A stretch of DNA of 64,000 nucleotides from Nannocystales bacterium (GTDB lineage: Bacteria > Myxococcota_A > Polyangia > Nannocystales > Nannocystaceae). The stretch lies in contig JBOEGF010000010.1 in NCBI GenBank assembly GCA_050633305.1, positions 352,001 through 416,000 of the forward strand, written 5' to 3'. The first letter of the stretch is position 1; each line of letters begins with the position of its first letter. The notes under the pieces were generated by a model that worked only from the letters and a program-made list of their open reading frames with translations, had not been told where the DNA came from and made no database searches. Of the stretch, positions 52,631-60,859 are shown piece by piece. The translations under genes were made by a program, and so were the position numbers.

Positions 52631-54919
52631 CTATCGAGCGGCGTCCGGCGCGTTCGGGTCGATGGTGGTCGAGATTCTGGGGCGCTGGAGTTCCATTTCT
52701 GCTGCCGCAGCATGTTCCGCGTCGCGTTGCTGCCGCTGCGCAGCGACGCTGACAGCCGAGAGCAGGCCGGAGGTCTTCTTGTAGTTGATGTGCGAGCCGA
52801 GGTCGCGCCGCTCGAAGGCGGTGTATCGCTCGATGAACTCCTGCCGCTCCCGCATCCGGCGCGAGTGAATGCGCCGGGCGTCGTCGGGCGAATCGATGAT
52901 GTGGGGGACCATGACCATCAACAGGCTGACCTTCTCCTTGCGCCGGTTTCGTTTTCGGAACAGCCAGCCGATCACGGGGATCGCGCCCAGTCCGGGAACC
53001 CGGCTGTCTGTGAGCGCGTCGACTTCTCGGGTGAGACCGCCCAGGACCAAGGGCTGGCCCGGGTGCGCCACCACCTTCTTGAGGTCGAGCTTCCGCTTGA
53101 GCGTTCGGTAGTTTCCGGTGGTGCCCTCCAGCGCACCGAGCTGTCGGTCTTCGAGGAGGATATCGAGCGACACGGTCTCGTCGTCGTTGACGTAGGGGGT
53201 GACCTCGAGCTTGAGCGTGACGTCCTCGTTTTGGATGTTGTCGATGGTGGGGGCCACCGGGTTGCTGGTCGTGGTCGTCCCTGTGCGAAACGGAATCGTC
53301 TCGCCAAATTCCGCCACCGCCTGCTCGTTCTCGGCTGCGTACAGGTGTGGCTGAGCGACGATATCGATGTCCTGTTGGGTCTCGAGCGCCTGCAGGGTTG
53401 CACCGAACGCGGGGATGTCGGCATCGAAGCCGAACAGAGTCGTGGTGAGCGTGGGACCGACCAGCCCCGCAGCGAGCCCGCTCAGGGCGCCCGGAGCCAC
53501 CGAGCTGACGTCACCGGGGGCGCTGCTCGCGTACCCGAGCCCTCCCGCGGCCTCTTGTCCGAAGTGGCCGCTCACGTCGATGTTGCGGCCGAGCTCGGTC
53601 CGGACTTCCAAGAGGTACACCTCCAGGTAGAGCTGCTCCCGGGGATGGTCGATTCGTCGGATGACCTTTTGTAGTGCCGCAAAGTCGAGCGCGGTGGCGT
53701 TGACGATCAGCGTTTGCGTTGCAGGGTGGGCGGTCACCTTTACGGAGCCCGAGATCGAGGCTCCGGCGACCGCCGCCTTGCCCCGGTCATTCTTGGCCTG
53801 CGTGCCGTTGGCCAGGCCGGACAACACCCCCGCGACCTCCTCGGCATCCACATGAGCCAGCTCGATCACGTGCAGGGTCTCTTGTCCCTCACCTCCATCG
53901 ATGTCGAGTTCGTCGAGGAGCCGCGAGACCGCGGCAAACGTCGCATCCGTGCAAACGACGAGGAGCGTTCCCGTGCGGACGTCGACGGTGATCGTCGGTG
54001 TGTCGTCGGTGGTGCTCTGGGGGCTTGCGGCGGCCGACTTGGGCGCGGCACGCTGCTTCTTTCCCTTGCCCTTCTTTGCGGCGGGTATTACCGAGGTTGT
54101 TGTTGCGCCCGAGGCCGCAGGGCCAATGTTCCCCAGTCCTGCATCGAAGACCGAGCGGACGACCTCGGAGAGCGTCTCGGCATCTGCATGGCGCACGCCG
54201 TACAGGTGGACCTTTCGATGGGGCCCCTGTGGCTGCTCGAGATCAGCGAGGAGCCGTTCGAGTGTCCGGATCCGGGCACCCGTGTCGGTGACCACAACGA
54301 CGTCGCCCACGGTCTTCACCACCCCCGTGTCGGTCTTGAGTTCGGTGAGGAGAGAAGCTGTCTGTGCCTGCCGTTCCGCGGGGGGGCGCCAAACCTTGGT
54401 CACGATCCGACCGTCGGCGGGCACGTCGGCGCCCGGGCCATACACGCGAAAACCAGTGGAGGCGACCTGAGAGGTCTCCACGATCTTGTAGAAGTCTCCG
54501 GCAGGCTCGACCGTAGCTCCGATCGTTGCCAGTGCGGCATGGAAGGCTGCGTAGGCCTCCGACATCGTGACCGGCTCAGGTGCGACGATGTTGACCGTCT
54601 TGGTGCGGAGCTTGGGATCCCAGATGAACTTCTGGCAGCTCACGCTCATCATCCACTCGACCAGGTCCTGCAGTTCCGCCTCTTGTTTGAGCGTGATGCG
54701 GAACTTCTGCTTGCCGCCAGGTCGGTCGCACTGATCAGGCAGCGCAGAGACGGTCGTCGATGGCAGGGGCTGAGTTGCGGGAGGATCCGGCTTCGGCGTG
54801 GCAGGAGGCGGCGCGGTTGTGCCCGCCGCAGGAGGTTGGGCCGGGGCTGCGACCGCCGGGCCCACCGCCAGGAGCATGCAAGTCGACAGCGTAGGGGCAA
54901 GGAGTCGGCGGTGAAGCAT
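52631..54919 (-). CDS. gspD: Type II secretion secretin GspD
   Basis: N0 domain (AELQDLVEWM), N-domains (HADAETL, HVDAEEVA), QLYLEVYLLEV, LKLEVTPYVN, VPGLGAIPVIGWLFR. Start re-picked at MLHRR. Confidence 0.9.
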   Translation of the reverse strand: MLHRRLLAPTLSTCMLLAVGPAVAAPAQPPAAGTTAPPPATPKPDPPATQPLPSTTVSALPDQCDRPGGKQKFRITLKQEAELQDLVEWMMSVSCQKFIWDPKLRTKTVNIVAPEPVTMSEAYAAFHAALATIGATVEPAGDFYKIVETSQVASTGFRVYGPGADVPADGRIVTKVWRPPAERQAQTASLLTELKTDTGVVKTVGDVVVVTDTGARIRTLERLLADLEQPQGPHRKVHLYGVRHADAETLSEVVRSVFDAGLGNIGPAASGATTTSVIPAAKKGKGKKQRAAPKSAAASPQSTTDDTPTITVDVRTGTLLVVCTDATFAAVSRLLDELDIDGGEGQETLHVIELAHVDAEEVAGVLSGLANGTQAKNDRGKAAVAGASISGSVKVTAHPATQTLIVNATALDFAALQKVIRRIDHPREQLYLEVYLLEVRTELGRNIDVSGHFGQEAAGGLGYASSAPGDVSSVAPGALSGLAAGLVGPTLTTTLFGFDADIPAFGATLQALETQQDIDIVAQPHLYAAENEQAVAEFGETIPFRTGTTTTSNPVAPTIDNIQNEDVTLKLEVTPYVNDDETVSLDILLEDRQLGALEGTTGNYRTLKRKLDLKKVVAHPGQPLVLGGLTREVDALTDSRVPGLGAIPVIGWLFRKRNRRKEKVSLLMVMVPHIIDSPDDARRIHSRRMRERQEFIERYTAFERRDLGSHINYKKTSGLLSAVSVAAQRQQRDAEHAAAAEMELQRPRISTTIDPNAPDAAR

Positions 54920-55150
54920 GCGTGGACTCAAAAGCAAGTGGCGCACCACACCGGATTTCAAGGGGTTGGCCTCGGAGGTAGAGCTTCGCGTCGACAAAAA
55001 GACAAGCTCGCCGCGGAGAGGCTGCGGACGCGTCACCCGGAGCCCTCGCCGAGGGCGTCGTCGTCGGAGGAAAAGCGGTGCGCGCCGCGAGCGGTCGCCG
55101 GTATCGTCTGCCTGCGTAACGTCGAGCGTGCGCGACAGGTAGTTCCAAAC

Positions 55151-56023
55151 ATGCGCTGGCTTGCACTCCTTTGCGTTCTCTTCGGCGCTGCTTGCGATGG
55201 GTCCTCTGTCGGCGAGTCCCCTGCAGGGGCGCCCGAGCACGGGGAGGCCATCGACCCTGATCAGGCGCCTCGTGTCTCGGTGGATCGCTTCGGGCCTCGG
55301 AGGGCGGAAGGTTCTGGCGAGCTGCCCGCACCAAACGAGCCGATCGACCTCGATGGCGAGTTCACGACGCGTGGGCTAGGCCCGGACGGTCAGGAGGTTG
55401 CGTACTACGATCTCGGCCCGGCCACGGGCGCGACGATGCCGGTGTTCCGACTCGTCGACATCGACGGCGCGCCGGTCGACGCCCAGCTCCCGATCATCAC
55501 TGTGGCGCCAGGCGACGTCTCGTACAGCGATTTCTGGCAGGTCACGGAGATCGAGGTGCCCGAGGGCTACGAGGCGAACACGATCACGAGCGCGTCCGAA
55601 GTCGCGGAGTCTGGCTATCCACAAACCCTCACCGCCGAGGTTCTGAATCGGCCGGTCGTGCCGGAGGGAAGCTCGGCGAGGTTTGCGACGGACCAGGGGC
55701 GGCTGCACCAAGCCTGGCTCGAGGACCAAGTTGCGCTGTCGTTCGATTTTTCCGAAGCCGAACCGAACGTTCGCGGGGCGCTCGTGGACTACGTCGCGAT
55801 CTATGTCTGCCTGACCGAGTCGGGAACGTTCTGTGCGGATTCCTCGGGGAGCACCCACAACGTGGTGGCTGCGGTCCCGACGGAGCCCGGCTACTCCCCG
55901 TTATGGAAGGTCAATGTCTACCCTGAGGCTGCGTTCGACGCGGTTGGAGATCTCGACTCCGCCCTCGCAGCCGATCCCCAGCCGCAGCCACTGCTCGTCA
56001 ACTGCCCGCTCATCGAGTGGTGA
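55151..56023 (+). CDS. Lipoprotein with two internal YS(D/P)(F/L)WxV repeats
   Basis: Lipobox GAAC. Repeats PGDVSYSDFWQV...LNRPVV and PTEPGYSPLWKV...VNCPLI. Confidence 0.75.
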   Translation: MRWLALLCVLFGAACDGSSVGESPAGAPEHGEAIDPDQAPRVSVDRFGPRRAEGSGELPAPNEPIDLDGEFTTRGLGPDGQEVAYYDLGPATGATMPVFRLVDIDGAPVDAQLPIITVAPGDVSYSDFWQVTEIEVPEGYEANTITSASEVAESGYPQTLTAEVLNRPVVPEGSSARFATDQGRLHQAWLEDQVALSFDFSEAEPNVRGALVDYVAIYVCLTESGTFCADSSGSTHNVVAAVPTEPGYSPLWKVNVYPEAAFDAVGDLDSALAADPQPQPLLVNCPLIEW

Positions 56024-56049
56024 GCGGGGCAGCGACTGCGGCAGGCGCG

Positions 56050-56274
56050 CTAGGAACGAGAGGCCAGCAGTTTGGCGAGCTCCCCAGGCTGCGGGAACCG
56101 ACCGGTGTCGTGTTTGGAGAAGACGAGATCGCCTCCCACCACCACATCAAAAATGCCGCGACCACCCTCGATCAGACGAGCGGTGGTTCCCAGCGCGTCC
56201 TCAAGCTCGGCGACCAACCTGGTCGCCTGGGGCTTGTAGTTTCACATCACGCAGTATTCGATGGAAATGTCCAC
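56050..56274 (-). CDS. Rdx/SelW/SelT-family selenoprotein (CxxU), 74 aa, TGA at 56242-56244 read as Sec
   Basis: GTG start gives MDISIEYCVM(U)NYKPQATRLVAELEDALGTTARLIEGGRGIFDVVVGGDLVFSKHDTGRFPQPGELAKLLASRS, ending at TAG. Rdx motifs IEYCxxU, GxFDV, FSK and RFP lie on both sides of the TGA. Confidence 0.9.
56202..56241 (-). promoter_or_regulatory. Putative bacterial SECIS hairpin
   Basis: Immediately 3' of the UGA: CAAGC-ccca-GGCGACCA-ggt-TGGTCGCC-ga-GCTTG. The G-containing apical loop starts 22 nt after the UGA. Confidence 0.75.
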
Positions 56275-56373
56275 GCACGGTCCATGACACGGACACGGCG
56301 CTCCGCAACGAGTTCCCGGTTTGCGCCCATTGCGCTCTGTGGACCCCCTAGGGCGTCGTGGTCCGAGAAATCG

Positions 56374-56402
56374 TTGACAGCTCCAATGCCCAGCCCTATA
56401 AA
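56374..56402 (+). promoter_or_regulatory. Sigma70-type promoter of tRNA-Gln
   Basis: TTGACA, 17 bp spacer, TATAAA, then a GC-rich discriminator (GCCGCCC). Confidence 0.85.
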
Positions 56403-56443
56403 GCCGCCCTCGCGTCCGCCCGCTGGGCTGACAGAGCTCCTCT

Positions 56444-56520
56444 AGGGGCGTCGACAAGTGGCTTAAGTCGCCAGGTTTTGATCCTGGTATTCGCAGGTTC
56501 GAATCCTGCCGCCCCTGCCA
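56444..56520 (+). tRNA. trnQ: tRNA-Gln(UUG)
   Basis: Cloverleaf: acceptor AGGGGCG/CGCCCCT, anticodon arm CCAGG-TTTTGAT-CCTGG, T arm GCAGG-TTCGAAT-CCTGC, encoded CCA. Located upstream of prs. Confidence 0.97.
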
Positions 56521-56523
56521 CCC

Positions 56524-56560
56524 AAACCCCCGCGCACCACTCGGTACGCGGGGGTTTTTC
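56524..56560 (+). terminator. Rho-independent terminator after tRNA-Gln
   Basis: AAACCCCCGCG...CGCGGGGGTTTTT stem-loop with a T tract. Confidence 0.8.
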
Positions 56561-56742
56561 GTGGTTGTCATTGTCTCGGGGTCGTTGTGTGGGCGGATTC
56601 CGGCGGGGGCGCGGTTCGGTCGCGCGTCGGGCAGCGCCCTGGGCGGCGCGATCCCCCAGCGACCGGACGTGAGCCACCCTTTGCCGTAGGGGCTCGATCT
56701 GTTGCGGACCGTCTGCGAGCATCCAGGCGTCGCGAGGCCCCG

Positions 56743-57690
56743 ATGAACAAGACCCTGAGCATCTTTGGCGGCAACTCCAACCCCCAGCTCACTCGCGACG
56801 TCGCCGAGTACGTCGGCACGCCCGAAGGCAAGAGCCGGGTGGAGCGGTTTTCGGACGGCGAGATTTTCGTCGAGATCGGGGAGAACGTTCGCAACGTGAA
56901 CTGCTTCATCGTGCAGTCCACGTGCACTCCGCCGAACCGCAACTTGATGGAGTTGCTCATCATGATCGACGCGCTCAAGCGGGCGTCGGCCGGCAGCATC
57001 GTCGCCGTGCTTCCGTACTTCGGCTACGCCCGGCAGGATCGCAAGGTCAAGCCGAGGACGCCGATCAGCAGCAAGCTCGTCGCGGACCTGCTGACCGCCG
57101 CGGGGGCGACACGCGTCGTCTCCGTGGATCTCCACGCCGGGCAGATCCAGGGCTTTTTCAACATCCCCTTCGATCACCTGTTCGGCAGCCCGGTGCTCAT
57201 CGACCGCCTCGAGCGGTTCGGCTACCGAGGTGAGGACACCGTCGTGGTCTCGCCCGATGCCGGGGGTGTCGAGCGGGCACGCATCTACTCCAAAGCGCTC
57301 GGTTGCGGGCTTGCGATCATCGACAAGCGGCGCGACAAGCCCAACGTCAGCCAGGTGCTCCACCTCATCGGCGACGTGAAGGGCAAGAAAGCGATCCTGG
57401 TCGACGACATGATCGACACCGCTGGAACGCTCTGCAACGCGGCGACGGCGGTGATGGATCACGGTGCCACCGAGGTCGTGGCGGCCGCGACCCACGGGGT
57501 GTTCTCGGGGCCTGCGATGGAGCGGATCAACAACAGCGCCCTGAGCAAGGTGTTGGTCTCCGACACGATTGCGCAGCACGATCGGGTCAGCATCTGCGAC
57601 AAGCTGGAGGTGCTGAGCATGGGTCGTTTGCTCGGTGAAGCGGTCAAACGCATCCACCACGGCGATTCGATCTCCTCTTTGTTCGCCTGA
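56743..57690 (+). CDS. prs: Ribose-phosphate pyrophosphokinase
   Basis: FSDGE, PYFGYARQDRK, DLHAGQIQGFF, VSPDAGG, VDDMIDTAGT. Confidence 0.98.
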   Translation: MNKTLSIFGGNSNPQLTRDVAEYVGTPEGKSRVERFSDGEIFVEIGENVRNVNCFIVQSTCTPPNRNLMELLIMIDALKRASAGSIVAVLPYFGYARQDRKVKPRTPISSKLVADLLTAAGATRVVSVDLHAGQIQGFFNIPFDHLFGSPVLIDRLERFGYRGEDTVVVSPDAGGVERARIYSKALGCGLAIIDKRRDKPNVSQVLHLIGDVKGKKAILVDDMIDTAGTLCNAATAVMDHGATEVVAAATHGVFSGPAMERINNSALSKVLVSDTIAQHDRVSICDKLEVLSMGRLLGEAVKRIHHGDSISSLFA

Positions 57691-57807
57691 CCTGCCGGCT
57701 GGCTCGAAGCGGCGCGACATCTCCGCCGCTTCTGCTGGGTCCAAGTGACCCGCCTCGTTGCTGTCGTCGGCGGTCCGTCCTATCGTCCGCGGCGTGGTGA
57801 TGGGTCT

Positions 57808-59547
57808 ATGAGGAGAGCTGCAATGATCGGGGTGCTCGTGCTCGCTGCACCGGCGTGTGGTGATGACGCTGGCGGTGGTGGGGACGAAGGCGGGGGGACG
57901 ACCGGATCGCCGTCCGAGTCCGAGGCTTCGACCGGGGGATCCGGGACGGAGGATCCCAGCACCTCATCCGCATCGGGTTCGGAGACCGGGGCTGATACGG
58001 AAGGGGACACCGAGGGTGCCGCCTTCGACCCCGAGGCGTATGTGCTCGACGACGTCTTTGGCACCCCCAACCTCGACGATGACGACGGCAACGACCGCAC
58101 CGATTGGCTCGAGACCGTCTTCGAAGCTGACGACGATGTCTCCGCACTCGAGGTCCCGGGCGCACCCGAGGGCTATACCGTCGAGCTGATCGCAGGTGGC
58201 GAACTCGACGACTTCCGCCTGTGGGACGGCGATGCCTTTGCGATCGGAGTGGCCGATGAGGTCACCGCGCAGACCTACTCGCTCGAGCCTGGCCCAGACG
58301 GTGCCACGCTCGACGTCGAGTTTGGGGCTTTCAACACACAGGGCTCTCTCGAGGTTCGCTTGCTCGATCCCGACGGCACCGAGGTCTCGAACCAGGAGAT
58401 CCGAGTGATGGGTTCTCCGCTGATCATGAACCACCATCTGCAGCCCTCCGAAGGGGTTTGGGTGATGGATGTCGATGCCAACTTCGGAAGCAACGCCGCG
58501 ATGGTGGATGTCTTCGCGACCGTCCTCGGTGACCAGTTTGACCCCGTCGACGACGCGACGTACGGCTTCGATGTTTGGGTCCAAGATGAGATCGAGTTCG
58601 CGACCGCCACGGGCCAGGGGGGACAGCGGCTCGACATCGTGATCGACTCGGTTCGCGACCGAGGCCTGGACGATTTCCCCGAGGACGAGTTCGTGGGACC
58701 CAGCTTCATCGCGGCCCGATGGGGAGACCCCGCCCTCGCCACCACGTGGGACTCGTTCGGCAACCTCGAAGCCTCTCCTCCGGTCACGGTTGATGGTGTC
58801 GAGTATCCCTTCGGCAAGATCTACTACGGTCGCGAAGCGGGCAACGGCCTGCAGTCGCAACTCGGTGACTTCCTCGCCTCCCAGACCGTGCAGGCACCGT
58901 TCGAGGTCGACACTCTGTGGCTGTGCGTGGGCCATGTGGACGAGTTCTCCTCGTTCGTGCCCGACCCAAGCTCGGACAAGGGGTTCAAGTTCCTGATCTC
59001 CGATGTGGACGCAGCGTGGGACGTCATCGACGCGTTGCCTCCCTCGACGCCGCTGGGACGCTTTGGCCCGGACCACGGATTTGCGACCGCAGGCGAGCTT
59101 CAAAACGACGCCGGCTTGCGGGCGCTCAACGACGAGCTGCAGGCGGACGAACTCGATCCCATTCGCGAGCAGTTCATCGCCGAGCTCGGATTGGACGAGA
59201 GCGACATCATCTACGTCCCCAGCTTGTTCGAGGAGATTCCCGGGTGCGGTGTCGCGGCACTGATCCCCGGCATGGTCAACCTGATCGTCTCCAACCCCGA
59301 AGACGGTCCGATCGACCTCTTCCTGGCCGACCCATTCTTCCGACAGGACGAGGGCGACCAATCCTCAGACCCGATGATCGAAGCGTTCTCCGCCGCGCTT
59401 CCAGACGGCATGGTTCCGCACTACGTGGACAACTGGGACGTCTATCACCTCGCGTTGGGCGAGGTGCACTGCGGAACCAACGTGCTGCGGGCCCCGACCG
59501 AAGACTGGTGGACCACCGCGCTTCCCCTGCTGGAGAACGACCGATGA
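57808..59547 (+). CDS. Peptidylarginine deiminase (PADI-type), putative lipoprotein
   Basis: WVQDE, DSVRDRG, DSFGNLEASPPV, YPFGKI, WLCVGHVDEF, PGMVN, YHLALGEVHCGTNV. N-terminal VLAAPAC followed by a G/S/T/E linker. Confidence 0.92.
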   Translation: MRRAAMIGVLVLAAPACGDDAGGGGDEGGGTTGSPSESEASTGGSGTEDPSTSSASGSETGADTEGDTEGAAFDPEAYVLDDVFGTPNLDDDDGNDRTDWLETVFEADDDVSALEVPGAPEGYTVELIAGGELDDFRLWDGDAFAIGVADEVTAQTYSLEPGPDGATLDVEFGAFNTQGSLEVRLLDPDGTEVSNQEIRVMGSPLIMNHHLQPSEGVWVMDVDANFGSNAAMVDVFATVLGDQFDPVDDATYGFDVWVQDEIEFATATGQGGQRLDIVIDSVRDRGLDDFPEDEFVGPSFIAARWGDPALATTWDSFGNLEASPPVTVDGVEYPFGKIYYGREAGNGLQSQLGDFLASQTVQAPFEVDTLWLCVGHVDEFSSFVPDPSSDKGFKFLISDVDAAWDVIDALPPSTPLGRFGPDHGFATAGELQNDAGLRALNDELQADELDPIREQFIAELGLDESDIIYVPSLFEEIPGCGVAALIPGMVNLIVSNPEDGPIDLFLADPFFRQDEGDQSSDPMIEAFSAALPDGMVPHYVDNWDVYHLALGEVHCGTNVLRAPTEDWWTTALPLLENDR

Positions 59548-60401
59548 AGTCTCGACACATCCTTGCCTTCGGAACCGCTCTCCTCCTGACGTCGGCCTGT
59601 GACAACGGTTCGACGGACGAGCCCAACGCGGAGCGACAGGCTCAAGTCGCCGCTCCGGCCGACCAGGCTCCGGCGACGAATGCGTTCGTTCTGGGTGCCG
59701 ATTGGCGCGTCTCGGTTGACGACGCTGTCGCTCGGTTGCGGACGGACGATGCTCAACTCGCGGAAGCCCTGTTTGCGATGCAGCCCCGCAGCACGCGGGC
59801 TGGGACCGCTCGGTTCACGGGCCCCCTGGTGCGCAACCCGATCGCTGCGGCGGTCTTCCTCGATCGGCTGACCGCCGGGGATGACGTGCCCTCCGAGGTT
59901 CGTGCCGCGCTCGTCGAGGCCTTGCCACGCACGACCGGCCCGTTCGGTCCTGCGGTCGCGGCTCTCCTCGCCGACGAGGGGGACGCCCAGGTCCGGGTTG
60001 CGATGGTCGCATCACTTCGTACGGCCGAGGCTTCGTCTGCCCTGGCCGGGCTCGAGTTGGGCCTGGCGGACACAGATGCCTTGGTCCGGATCACCGCGGC
60101 TCGAACCGCGGCACGTCGCACCGACGGCGTGGAACTCGAGGACGCGCTGCTTGCCGCCGCTGCTGATGCGGAGCTGGAGGTCAAGGAGGAAGCGATGCGC
60201 TCGCTGGGCGTGCTGCGGATTGAGGCCGCGAAGCCCTTGATCGCAGCGGAGCTGACCGCAGCCGACGCGGACATGCGGCTGGTCGCCGTCCGAGCGCTGA
60301 CCCGCATCGATCCTTCCGACGCCGCAAGTCGCGTCGGCCCCCTCACCACGGACGCCGATCCTCGGGTCGCGAAAGCGGCCCGCAAAGCGCTCGGGAACTG
60401 A
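59544..60401 (+). CDS. HEAT-repeat lipoprotein
   Basis: Lipobox TSAC, repeated D-xx-VR-xx-A motifs. ATGA overlap with the PAD stop codon. Confidence 0.85.
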   Translation: MKSRHILAFGTALLLTSACDNGSTDEPNAERQAQVAAPADQAPATNAFVLGADWRVSVDDAVARLRTDDAQLAEALFAMQPRSTRAGTARFTGPLVRNPIAAAVFLDRLTAGDDVPSEVRAALVEALPRTTGPFGPAVAALLADEGDAQVRVAMVASLRTAEASSALAGLELGLADTDALVRITAARTAARRTDGVELEDALLAAAADAELEVKEEAMRSLGVLRIEAAKPLIAAELTAADADMRLVAVRALTRIDPSDAASRVGPLTTDADPRVAKAARKALGN

Positions 60402-60840
60402 GACTACGGGCTGCTAGCGCCTCGTCGGGGCGGCCGTAGTCGCCCGCGTTTCACGACGCAGAAGTCTTCGAGTCCAAAGAGCTCGCCGCCGAGCGTGCGG
60501 CGAGCCGAGGGAGCGCCGCAGCGCGTCGGCGGCAGAGTTCCGCGCGCGCACGGCCCAGATGGCGGAGAGCGTGCGGTAGAGGGCAGCGTGCGGCCATACG
60601 ACGCCGATCAGCGCCGGGGAATCCTCGCGAAGCGCGTTCGGAGTCCACCCCTTGCGGGCGCCCAAGATTTGCCTCCGCCATGACCGAGGGCCGGGGCGTT
60701 CCGTCCCGCGAGGGTGGGTCGAGTTGGAGCTCGAACGGCGCGCCGTCACGGCCCACGGTGATGGCGTCGTCCGCCATTCGACGCGCCCATTCGACAATAT
60801 TCTTCATTGATTTCAGTAGTGTTTGTCTTCTCCGAAAACG

Positions 60841-60856
60841 GAATGATATGTCATTC
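60841..60856. promoter_or_regulatory. Palindromic operator, probably a TetR site
   Basis: GAATGA-tatg-TCATTC inverted repeat in an AT-rich patch at the start of the BVMO-TetR operon. Confidence 0.55.
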
Positions 60857-60859
60857 TTC

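Noticed and set aside
60414..60797. Minus-strand ORF between the HEAT and BVMO genes
   Set aside because: Arg/Ala-rich with no motif or clear RBS. I cannot support it as a gene, although a remnant is possible.
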